A stretch of DNA of 57,029 nt, counting the filler, from Sphacelaria rigidula (lineage: Eukaryota), in NCBI GenBank assembly GCA_964200075.2. It is 4 parts of 4 records of this genome, joined end to end, with 100 filler letters (N's around TTAATTAATTAA, not from the genome) between each part and the next. Parts side by side here need not be neighbours in the genome. Positions count along the whole stretch, not along the records: positions 1 to 14,187 come from CAXNAA020002404.1; positions 14,288 to 28,469 come from CAXNAA020002405.1; 2 more parts are not named here. One strand, given 5' to 3'. Under the pieces are notes generated by a model. It was not told the DNA's origin, ran no database searches, and saw only the letters and a program-made list of their open reading frames with translations. The translations under genes and the position numbers were made by a program. Every line of letters starts with the position of its first letter. Positions within the stretch are counted from its first letter, which is position 1. Positions 11,824-23,317 of the stretch are shown here, one piece after another.

Positions 11824-14187
11824 CTGGTGTGGAGGTAGATGAGAACGAGGACATGGGCAAGGAAGGGAAGATGGGGCGAGACGGGAATATTTATGATTCT
11901 CATGTTTTGAGTGAACGTACACGTGCCGAGGTGAACGATAAAAAAAAACTGAAATTGTGAACGTTGAGATCTTCGGAAAGTTCCTCGCATCATTGCGCTG
12001 TGCGCAGACGTGGAGCAGAGTCTTGAGATTCCTTTGGGCGCCTGCACCACTGCACGGCGATGCTGCTTGATATGATATGAAATCATCAACATCATTGCAA
12101 TGGAACATTCCAGAGGCGAGCTCGAGAGGAGACTCTTTCCCCCTCAGCGTTCTTGTCCAAATGGTGAACGATAAACGATTACTATCAAAACTCTTTGCGG
12201 GTTCCACACCAAGGTATAGGCGCATGTCCGCGTGATACTCGCCACTGATCCACTTGGTGTGACAAACGGCCGCCATTATTGTACTGCCTGCTGATCACAG
12301 CCGTCTTTTTTGTACGATGGATGTCCTCACCTACATTTGCACGTGTACGACCTGTACAGCTAAGCTGCGGCGAGCTCGGCAATGCGTTTTATATTTCAAA
12401 AATGGTTCCGACGAAGTTTGGTTCCTCCGAAAACAGTCCATGATCCTCGACGAAATTGGTGGGAAAAACACCCCGCCGTCACAGCGACATTTTTCCAGGC
12501 GTCGTGTCTCCGAATCCCTCACAAATGGAGGGAGGGCAGAGGGTGTGTGTGTGCGCGCGGTACGCATGCCGTTGTATCATTTGTTCATTTCTCGCACTTT
12601 AACCACCCCATTTCCTCAGGACGAGTCCGTGGCCTCAAGGGATCAACCCATCTCTGCCCGGTGCACGCCTTGCTTTTTGGTCTCGCGGATAGGATCAGCA
12701 CTCCCGCAACGCGTCAACTCATGTGCAACAAACTCAGTCGACTACATGCCAGCGTATTATTTTTAACTCCCATCACCGTTAGACCGACCTACGATCCACA
12801 AACGGTGAGAAAACGTGCCCGGGCGCTGCCGAAGCTCGAAGAAATCCACCTCGACTTTGAAGCAATTGTGAGGACTGCGTACTTTGCACCAGCGCACACC
12901 CTGGTCCCTCGCCGAACACATCACGGCGCAGGGTGCTTGGTTTTTGGTGGCGAGCCTGTTCCGGCAAAAACCAGGCGTGCTCCGTCCCGGCTATGAAGGG
13001 ATGCAAGGTCAATGGTCTCATGACTACGGCATGGAAGATCATGAGCACTCGGCCTCTCGTGACCATGTATGATGCCTGGGCGCTGCCTGGACCGAGAAAT
13101 CCATGTTTGGGTGGGAACAGCCATAAACATCCGTACTTGTCCCACAAAAACGGCGTGGGGCGAGGGGTCGTAATAACTGCAGGCCCTGACCTCCACCCCC
13201 CCATCTATTCTCGGTTCAACTTGTTGTGGGGGAGGTCTGAGGGGGGGAAGGGGGGGGCGAGGGGAACGGGTTCCATTTGATGCAGTGGATACTGGTGACA
13301 ACAGAAACGTCAATACAATTAGTCCCACTATAGTGCCGAGTCCCATAACAACAGTACCGTCACACGAGTTGGCAACCCACCGTGCGACAACCTCCTGCAC
13401 GTGTATTGTACTATACTAACTGTACTGAAAGTACAGTACAACACGGTAGGTAAGAAGAGTGTGCTGAGGGGTGCCTTTCGTACCTTCGGGCGATGACCTC
13501 TTTTTGATGTTACGGGGGTGTGCTCGTACTGCAGTTGACATGACAGACTTGCAGAATGCGGTTCGTTCCTTGATCCCCGCAACACTAGAAAGTCATAATC
13601 CGGCGATCAGAATACCTACGACCACCGGCCCCGGAGAGGACGGAGACACGAAACTCTTTGAGCTATTCGCGCACAGGCGATCCTTAATTGTTCAAGGGGT
13701 CGTTCAATCGGGTATACACGGTGGAAAGACAGGGAGGGAAGGGTATTCGTCATCCACTTTGAGGTTTCCTTCTTTCTCGAGAACTCCTGGCAGGGAAGGG
13801 GGAGAAGGGGGGAGCGGGAAAGGGCTGCTGCAGTTCGTTGGGGGGATTGCGTAGAGAGGGTGGGCGGGGCGTATGGCTTCTGCAAAAGGGGTTCAAGCTT
13901 TGTACTGCCAAATCTAGACTACTATTCCACCAGCAAACGGCTCATAAGAGGGACGGTTTCAGCAAAACAACGTGAACTTCCCCCCCCCGTAACAGCCTGG
14001 TCCGGCGAAAATTCCGCGTGCTCCGTCGCGGCTTTGTAGGGATGCGAGGTCAATGGTCTCATAACCATGACATGTATATCATGATTAACCCCCGCCCCCC
14101 CTTCCCCTCTCCCCAGAATTACCGGGAAACCTAACGGTACTGACGGCCCCCCGTCACCAGCGGGAGACGTCGTTAATGGCCTAAAGA

Positions 14188-14287
14188 NNNNNNNNNNNNN
14201 NNNNNNNNNNNNNNNNNNNNNNNNNNNNNNNTTAATTAATTAANNNNNNNNNNNNNNNNNNNNNNNNNNNNNNNNNNNNNNNNNNNN
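14188..14287. other. Artificial scaffold spacer (N-run with TTAATTAATTAA six-frame stop linker)
   Basis: 100-nt N..ttaattaattaa..N block, identical in design to those at 28470 and 42751. Confidence 0.95.
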
Positions 14288-14392
14288 TTCAATCCTCCGG
14301 GTTCTCATCCTCAATCAAAAGCACCATCCTCAACATAGATGGTTGGCTGTTTTGACCAGCGATGAACTTTTTCTCCATATTATTTTAGACCG

Positions 14393-14865
14393 ACTCTAAT
14401 GGGAGCCGTTCAAAAATCCTGCTCAAAACTGTCCTTTTGGCCCTTCTCCGTCGTTCTACAATACGCCTGAAAAGAGGGCTAGGCGGATGTTGACGCCTCG
14501 GAATGACTTGCTTTACTCATTGAGGCCGTTCCAGGGCCTCCTTGCATTTCGCGCTGGCCGCACTTTCATTTTTGGCCAAACACGGATTTCCAACAAAAAA
14601 CGGTCAAGCGATCAGAAAACTGGGGGAAATTTTGATCACCTGACTATTTTTTACTGGAAATCCGTGCCTCGCCTCATTTGGCCAGAAACGAAAGTGCGGC
14701 CAGCGGGAAATGCAAAGTTGCCCTAGAACGGTCTCAACGAGTAGAGTAAGTCATTCCAAGGCGTCAACATCCGCCTAGCCCTCTTTTTTTGGGGAGTAAA
14801 TCGACGGAGGAGGGCCAAAAAGGCAGTTTTTGACAGGATTTTTGAACGGCTGCCATTATTAGAGG
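14393..14865. mobile_element. Fold-back MITE-like element (~470 bp); related partial copies at ~19845-19910 and ~44095-44470
   Basis: gccgttcaaaaatcctg...gagggctaggcggatgttgacgcc pairs with ggcgtcaacatccgcctagccctc...caggatttttgaacggc. The arm motif caaggtgtcaaca recurs at 19.87 kb and twice at 44.3-44.4 kb. Confidence 0.8.
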
Positions 14866-16999
14866 CCTCAAGCAATCAGGCCTGAAAAATCGTGGATTTG
14901 GTGATTCGAATCGGCGATGATTCGTCCGAACCGTGAACAATTATTATTATACTATACAGTATACCCTTTAGAGCGCGAGGGTTTTCCATCTTGATCATGC
15001 ACAGTTTGATCAAGTAAAGTTAGCCCGATTCAACAGATGACCTATCATACTTTACTACTACTCTCGCTGTCTCACTCACGGTGAAAGAAAATTCATCTTA
15101 TCATTCTGACTCAAACTTTGACCCTTATTTACCCAACCCCAAAGACATCGTTGATTTGATTTCCCTCAACAAATGATACTTGACGTAGTTAGCTTGTGAT
15201 CACGAGAAGAGGGTCCGCATCAGATGAACAGTACGAGTACGGAAATGGGAGAAGTACTGCTCAGACATCGAAACGGTTTTCAATGTGAAGACATGGCAAT
15301 ATAATAAGGGCGTGTCTACGGTACACACATTTTTTTCGATCGAAAAAAAAGGGGCACGTTGACGTTGATATGAGCGAAATTCGCTCATTTTTGTCGAGTT
15401 GGGTCCAGGCGAATTTCAATGCTTCGATAAAAAAAAGGTAGTGAAATTCGTGAATCGGTGCTACTTGGTAGCTCGTGTTCGATAGACAATCTGTGCCGCC
15501 TGCCCTATTTGCATGCAGTTGGGGTTTTGTTTCTGATGCGCGCACCTGATTCGGCGTAGAGCGGGTTTTCGCGCATAACTTTTGCTTCAGGCCGCTTCCT
15601 ATAATAAACAAAAATCACCCTCAGAATAAATATTTTTTCCCACTTTTTGTCCAGACAAGAACTTGGCGTAATTTTTGTTCGACCACTTCTTACAGCAACT
15701 AAAAAAAAACACAGAGTTGCAGCGTCATGGACACGCGTTTTTAGCTAAGATTCAAATCTGAATCCTGTCATCCGCTGCACGATGAAGCAAGCGACTACAG
15801 CTTGCCGCACACACGCTCATCCACAACCGCCGACGCACACCACAGCCCACAGCAGCTCATCCACGAGCAAGCACCACCACTACCAAGGAATACGTGGCGG
15901 CCGCAATCATCCTACCCCCCCCGAGTCTGGTTCAGTGGGCATACGACAGGGTACACGTGTACCACAGCAACACGATCAGCCCCAACGTCCTCAAGGCGCA
16001 CCAGGGCATCGCGATCGCCTACAGCGCGCTGGCTGTGAAAAACAGCGCACGATGAGTGCAGCCGATCGCAATGATCAGACGACGAGTACATTTTTGAACT
16101 GTGCAGCGGGGGGCTAAAATCAAGTGGCTCGACAGCAACGACGTTCCAAAGCCGTACGGGCTTCACGTGCAGGCACTGCGCCATGCTACGCTCAGCTCAG
16201 GTGAGGGTTTGGATTTGTGCCCACACGCATCTTGGTTGTTGAATGCCGATTGCAATCGCCCGCTACGCTACGACACAATGCGAGTACGCACGATCGTGAA
16301 GATGGTCGTGCTGATAGGGCATTCTGCCGGGGAGGTGACCGTGCTGCACTCGTGACACTACAGAGTGACTTATAAATTGCACCGCAACATTAGGATTTAA
16401 AATATGCGGAGGATCTTGGATATTACTTGAGTACGATATAGAGGTTGCGTAGTCGCCGCACAAGTCAGTAACAGTAACTGGTGAAGGATAGAATGAGGCG
16501 CACACTTCGAGCGGAACCCAGCGCCAATGTAATGCGACCTTGGTGTGAATTATGCAGTAAAACACGCTGGTGATAGGCTCGCAGACTCGAGTCACACCTG
16601 TAGCCTACGTCCTACAGTACAGGAGTGAACAGTACAGTAAAGCCGGGGCAGATACAACAGCAGCATAGAAACGAAGCGACAAGCAGACCAGCAGACAGCG
16701 AGGGTTACAATGCCGCCCCAGGGGGTCATTGCGATGCTCGTGTATCTGCATATCCCCATCTTAGTGTGGCTGGTTGTGTCTTCCCGCCGCCGCCACTGCT
16801 GGCGCCGATGCCAGCTGCAGCGGCCCCCACGCTGACGGGTGCAAGCAGCACCACGGCTTTCCCCCCCCAGTTCTTCGCCTGATTTTAAACGGATCCTTAG
16901 TGTTGGCCGGGTGCCGATCTTGAACGCTCGGCCATAGTCGCCCTTCGCGCAAAAAAAAAATCACTACAGAATCATCCTAGTATCATCAGTCAGGTTGGG

Positions 17000-18900
17000 C
17001 CGATCTCACCAGATCGCGGTTGGGGAAGAAAACACCTACGCAATTATCGAAATCGCCGTGCAAGCGATGGCATCCTGAACTCTCGTCCCTCGCGCATCCA
17101 CGTATACAGGCAAGAAACGGCAGACCAAGACTTTTACCGACACAGCTTCTGCCGTCTAGAATCGGTGGGAAACTATCAAGAAGGAGGTTAAACAAGACGT
17201 AGTCGCCGTTATTGGCAGGTGAGGATCTGTGATGTTTTCGTGGGATCGGGAGTAAAGGATACGATAGGGAGAAGCGGTAAATCAATGAATGAATCGTTTC
17301 GGTTCCGAAATGTACCGCGTCGCTTTTTGTAGAAGCTTCTCACTGAAGCCCTTGATATCCCTCAGTAGGGCATCGACATGAAGCTATACGCACACGCCAG
17401 TATTACAGGCAAAGACAAGCACGAACAGCATGAAAAATTGGTCGAGAAAAGCGAATGAGAAAACCTACTCTCAATCAACGCTCTACTCTCAATCTCAGAA
17501 CACATTATTGATCGCGAGTTCGCAAACTCGAAGTTTATTCGGTGGGCGTAGGTGGACAACTGTAGTATGTTTGCACCTTTCGCTGGAGGGTGGAGTTCAG
17601 CGGCGATGCTGTCGTCAGAATATACGCAGGAAGAAGCGGTTTGCATAGGGGCTTTTGTGTGCAAGACGTCCATGAACGGTGTAACCGAAACTCGTGTCGT
17701 TGCGGACGATACACCGCAGCACAGTACGATGAGGGGACCACGATTGGGCTGCGGGGGAACACCAATCACCAGCGGGGGGTGCTGACGGGGTACGACCGCA
17801 CCGCCGCAGTTTATTTCCGATTTTATTTTGCCACGGTGCCGCTCGGTGCGCTTTTATTTCCGTGAAGCACAGATGTGCTGCTACCTTCCCGAGCTATTGC
17901 ATATACACTTGCCGCTAACTGAACGTTTGACTCACGCCGCTGCCGTTGTCGTACTCTCTCATGCAACAAAGTAAAGGTTGGCGACAAACCTCCCTCCGGT
18001 CAACAAATGCCGGATCTCATGGGGCGCCTTATGGTGCATGCCTGGACTGTTACGCAGAGAAAACGATGGAGGATTGGAAGAAGCGGCAATCGCAGAAGAC
18101 GGTGAGGAAAAAGTGTGACTCGACAGACATGTCGTTGGAGGGCGGCGAGGACGTGAGTCAGGGTGGGACAACCGACGGCGGGGCACGTGCGATGCCCAAG
18201 GACTGGGTTCCCCCTCATCTACTCGTCTATGCCTTCTGGGGTCCGCAGAGTGCAGTCCCTGAGCAGGAATTCGACCTGCTGACCTTCAGTGGGCCGGAGA
18301 GGAAGAAGCGGCGAGTTTCCACCTAGACCGAAGCTGGCACCCCCGCCGAGGGAGACAGCGCCGACGATCCGCCGGTGAATGCCGTTGAGTCGCCAGAGGC
18401 AATGAAGAAGCTCGACGACGACGGCGGCATGATGAGCCGCCTAAGCCTGTTGAAGGAGAACAAGGAGAAAAGCACGGAGGAAAAAAACGCTTCGCCATTT
18501 ACGCCGCACAGCGCGATAAAATCATAACCACAATGCAGGGAGCCGTGAAACAAGCGTCGCAACTTCGAGTAGAGGTTGCCAGGGTGGCGGCGGTGTAGGA
18601 GCACCACCAAGAGGTGCGGATGCTGCAGAGCAGCGTATCTGTTTTGAAGGAGCTGAGGAGAGCCGTCGAGGCGAAGGAGAAGCTGGCAGAGCTGCTGCAG
18701 GTTCTGAACGGCACCTCGGTCGAGAACTCTGCAGCCGCTTGTACCGAGACCGTTGAAGTTCCAGCACAGTCGAAGCTCGAATCACCCGGCCTACCTACCG
18801 ACACCGACGTGACGGAGACCCCATCAACCTCGGATGCGAGCGAATATCTGATTGAGGGCGACGGCTGTGGACAGTCTCAGTGTCCGCGCGGAGATAGTTC
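17000..18900 (+). pseudogene. Degenerate ORF remnant with a Myb/SANT-like segment and a coiled-coil tail; probable Harbinger ORF1-type gene
   Basis: Frame at 17040-17220 reads ...TFTDTASAV*NRWETIKKEVK... with in-frame stops. Downstream fragments include PSGQQMPDLMGRL, MPKDWVPPHLLVYAFWGP and VLKELRRAVEAKEKLAELL, broken by stops and frameshifts. Confidence 0.4.
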
Positions 18901-20239
18901 GAGCAGCCACGTCGGGGTTGGAGGGGGGGAGGGAGGGCAAGGCCGTGCGCAGGAGAGGGCCGCAACGGATGTCCGCCAGCGGAGGGACAAAGCAGACCTC
19001 ATCGACGTTGCCTGACTTTTGCCACACGAAAGGGTGCGGTTGTACGTCATTTGACTGCGTTTGTTTGTTCACGCATATATTTCCCTTCGAGTTTTTGTTT
19101 TTCGATCTTGTCACGGTGCTGGCGACGTATGTTTGCGAGTCCGTTCGTTTATCCATGTTTTCTTTTGAAATGGATTCATATTTTCCTCTTACTCTGTTTT
19201 GTCGATCGACTAAAAAGCGACTGAGCGAAGATAGGTGGGATCTTCGGGGGTCGGCCGATGTGCGACAAAACCTCGCAGAACAAAAGGAAGATAAATCTTG
19301 TGTTTGTATGAGATATCGGCGAAGCATTTGTTCCTTCGGTTTTGTTCCACGGGAGTTCCTGGTCGGACTTTTATTTCCTTTTTTTGCTTTTGAAGTTTGG
19401 TCTGAGACGATTCCTTTTGTGTTCTATTTTCTATGTTCATTTTTATCAAGCACACCCATTTTGTTGACCGCGTCAACATTGATGTAGCGGAAATGGGTGG
19501 GGCCTCTTTTTCTTTTCATAGCGAGTATTTTAGTTTTGGTCTGTCTGGGGTACGTCTATCGGGTGACCTCGACTGGATCCCTGCGGTCCGTCAAAGCGCG
19601 ACAATCAATCAAATCAATCAATTTCTTTTTGATTCCTCAAAACAAATATTTTCCCACAATGCATACGCCAACCAGTTTCTCGGAAACCGCTCACTGGAGA
19701 CAGCGATCAGTCGAATCCAGCAACAAATCCGAGCTTTGTATGGACTTGACTGAACTACGAGAAAAAGCAGTGGAGAGCGAGAAGAAGCAAGGTTGGCCAG
19801 AAAAAAAATGCCAACAGCGGAAAAATACCAAGGTGTGCTCAAACCGTCTCAACCAGTAGAGCAAGGCGTTCCAAGGTGTCAAAACCCACCTTGCTCTCTT
19901 TTAGGGCGTACAAGTTTAGGGTGAAGTTGATATGTTCATGACTCTACTCAGAGTGAGGTAGAGTCGGGTACGTTGTTGACTCTCTACCCGAGTGCTGCCA
20001 CTAATGAAAAAAATTCGGGTGTGGTGCGTTGCTCGTGGGCAAGGAGCAGCGTGTTTTGCTGTATGCTTTGCCGCGCAAATACTTCGGTGCATGCACGTAG
20101 TAACGGTGTTCGAAATGTACCCGACGCCTTCACCCGACAGCAGTGCGGTAAAGCCGCTGTGATTCCATACAGTATGGCTCGAGCCTGAGTCATCACACGT
20201 GGGTGCATAAACAAAACTATGAAGCAAGCGATTTGTTTC

Positions 20240-20833
20240 ATTTTCCGACGGCAGTCAGTCTCATCGTACGTCTAGATCTAAAGAAGGAAGAACTCTGATC
20301 TTCCACACAATAATCGCACGGGCTGCCGAGGTTCGCACGTTTACGGTATACGTCTTGCAACAGTAACGCCCAACCTATCCCTCTTCCCCCCATCTCGAAC
20401 ACCGGTACCGGCAGCTTCTCGGCAAAACCCCGTCGCAACCCACACAACATCGTATCCGCCGTCAACGAAGAAGAGTCCACCAATGAATTCAATAACCGGC
20501 GTCTATAGTTCCACTCGCGCCTGCTGGACCATCCTATGAGATATTTCACGACAAGTACGACATAAATACGCTCTTTCGAATTTACGTCCCAATGAGCAAT
20601 GTCAAAAGTGGCAATGAACATCAGGCCACGAAATTACAACGGATACAACGACGAACGCTCGTTTGAGATCGTCAACCTCGGGCAGAAAAATCCACGTTGT
20701 ATACAATTCGTGGACAAACTTTCGACAAAATTCGTGAAAAAACTGCCTCCAGAGCTGATCGCTCACTGAAGAACACTGTCCGTTGACGTCGAGGCAGTTG
20801 CCCCTCCCCAGCACATGCAAGCGCCCTAGCACC
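20240..20833 (-). mobile_element. PIF/Harbinger-type DDE transposase remnant (frameshifted)
   Basis: After a CAG acceptor: VLGRLHVLGRGNCLD...LWRQFFHEFCRKFVHELYTTWIFLPEVDDLKR, then IATFDIAHWD and GLFFVDGGY in other frames. These match from memory the LRxLGRG, FFHxFC, DxTHxxW and VDGGY motifs of PIF/Harbinger transposases. Confidence 0.6.
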
Positions 20834-21229
20834 TGCCGAGAAGTAACGTCATCGTACCAAAAGCGCGTCAGACGGTGGAAATGTCTATACGATTGAAAAA
20901 ATGGGTATAAATGCGTCCTAATTCGGTCTCACGGTCGGCGAGGAAAGGGGGCGGTGGGCCCTTCTGACGACAAAAAGTGGGGCAAGCACCGTAGAACAGA
21001 GGTGGAGTGGGGAAAAAAAAATCGATCCGGTTCGATCGAGGTGCTCGATGCTTGATTCACAGAGCGTTGATGGAATGCACGCCACAGATTATTGTGCTTG
21101 CGATGCAAAGGCATACTGATACACTGAGTGTAGTTCAGTACAGTCGATTCGACACATCAACACGCTTGGTACATACACCGTCACCCGAGCGGTATGTAGT
21201 CAAATGAGCAATATTCCACAGGCACCGAA

Positions 21230-21463
21230 GGTAAGGTACCGTACCGAGCGTACCCTCGGTATTTACCGGGGTCTCCCATACCGTGGTAGGCGTGGGTATC
21301 GTAGGTACGAGTTTTGAAAATACCCAATTGGGCGGGTACGGTAGGTATTGGTATATCGAAATACCGTGGTATCGTAGGTATGACATTTGAAAATACCCGA
21401 TTGAACTGGTATCGGTGGGGTATGAGATGTTCCAAATAGCGGTGCCGGGTACCTGCCTTACCC
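21230..21463. mobile_element. MITE with ggtaagg...ccttacc termini and internal ggtatcgtagg/ttgaaaatac subrepeats
   Basis: Starts ggtaaggtaccgtaccg and ends gggtacctgccttaccc; near-identical to the element at 22470-23317. Confidence 0.7.
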
Positions 21464-22469
21464 TCGATACCGGTCTCAAAACTGTCATCCGGCAGTACGC
21501 TGAAGCGTTTCAGGGCGTGTCTTGGCACTTTTCTTCTCGGTCGAGAAAAAGGGGCGGTATAATTGATTTGAGCGAAATTCGCTCATGCTTCTCGAAGTGG
21601 GTCCAAGCGAATTGTCAAGCTCTCGATCGAAAAGAGACAGTGGAATTCGTGAAACGGTATATGGTCACTCGTGTACATGGTATAGACCGTGTGTACTGTC
21701 TGCACTGCTTGCAAGCAGTGTCTTGAGTGCGTTCGTGCGTGTTTCGTACAGTAGGATTTTGAAGAGAAGCGGGCAAGGTGCAGTGCAGTCAGTCTAGGAC
21801 TATCAGTTCTCTCTGCTTACAATGCGACGTGAGAGGGACTTCATATCGACGTGCAGCCTCGTACTGCCTGCACTATCCATGAGCGCGTACGCAACTCGGT
21901 TGCCCACCGTACCACGCAGTTCCGTCGCTGATCCTAGCATGAAATAAGATGGGCCAATTTTCGCCAACAAAAAATAAACAAAGCATACTCAACTACTGCA
22001 GTGTATCTATCCCTGTGCTCATGGATANNNNNNNNNNCTGTGCTCAACTCGTACTTGCTGCAGGTTACGGTGGTAGCTGAGAATGAGTTGGATGGAGTTC
22101 ACATGGTTCTGTGAAAGGATGTTATCTGGCGTGGTGGTCTGTAAGATAGAAGTGGAGAGCCGCTTCGCAGCTTTGTGCATTTCGCCCGCATGTATTTGAT
22201 CGAAGAAGCTTAGCTTTATTGTTTTGTAGTTTTTCCCTGCGCGCCACCAACTACAAATTTGAGTTGAAGCCTTCGAAGACCAGAAATGCGGTGAACCTAT
22301 CAGATCGGAAAAGTAAAATTTCGACCGCACTTCAGACTACATAATAATAAGTTCATTCGAATTGATCTGGGTATATATCACTTGTGAAAGGAAGAAGTAC
22401 CTGCTCCGACAACTTCTGACCTTTGCGTAAGTTGGGACCAGCTGCTGCACCGTGGGAAGTGCATCACGT

Positions 22470-23317
22470 CCGGCATTTACCGGGTATACCCCCGGTTTTA
22501 CCGGGGTATCCCATACCGTGGTATGCGTAGGTATCGTAGGTATGAGTTTTGAAAATACCTGACTGAGCGGGTACGGTAGGCATCGAAATGTCGAAATGCC
22601 GTGGTATCGTAGGTATCGTAGGTATGAGTTTTGAAAATACTTGATTGATCGGGTACGGTAGGTATAGGAATCTCGAAAAACCGTGGTTTCATGTATCGTA
22701 GGTGTGATGTTTGCTGTCGTCCCATCTTTTCTGGACGCCGGTCTACCCCTTTCGGTATATCTGGGCGCACCAGCCGGGGTCACACAGGAGGAAGGTCAAC
22801 ACAGGAGCTTTTTAATATTTTCTTTGTTTTTTTGTACTCCACCTTCCTTCTGCGGTGCTCGCCTTTATTTTTTATCGCGAGAGGGATTCAGCAATCCCTT
22901 TCCCTCGTCGACCGTTACGTCGAATTTTGTGTACCCACGACATAGTCGCCCTCCACTGTTGGGCATGGCGTGAAAAAAAATCCCAGATCGCTCCGAGACT
23001 TGAACCCACGACCCAACCGCCAGAAGGTTTAGAGGTTACCAACTGAGCCACCTGGGCGACCAGGTACGAGACTTGAAAATACCCGAGCGGGCGGGTACGG
23101 TGGGTACAGTCATGAAATCTTGAAACATCGTGGTATCGTAGGTATCGTAGGTATGAGGTTTGGAAATACCTGATTGAGCGGGTACGGTAGGTACCGGTAT
23201 CTCAAAATACCGCGGTATCGTAGGTATCATAGGTATGACATTTGAAAATACCCGATTGGACCGGTATCGGTAGGGTATGACATGTTCCAAATACCGGTAC
23301 CGGGTACCTACCTTACC
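22470..23317. mobile_element. Second copy of the same MITE family with expanded subrepeats, interrupted by a SINE
   Basis: tttaccggggt.tcccataccgtggta and repeated ggtatcgtaggtatga..ttgaaaatac units; ends ataccggtaccgggtacctaccttacc. Confidence 0.7.
22702..23061 (-). mobile_element. tRNA-derived SINE
   Basis: Minus-strand head GGTCGCCCAGGTGGCTCAGTTGG (A-box) ... GGGTTCAAGTCTC (B-box); body cggtcgacgagggaaagg...ctcctgtgttgaccttcctcctgtg; CA-rich tail. Confidence 0.85.

Noticed and set aside
22980-23061. tRNA gene (also 30866-30945 and 38524-38600)
   Set aside because: A and B boxes are present but there is no proper cloverleaf, and each continues into the same ~280-bp body, so these are SINE heads.
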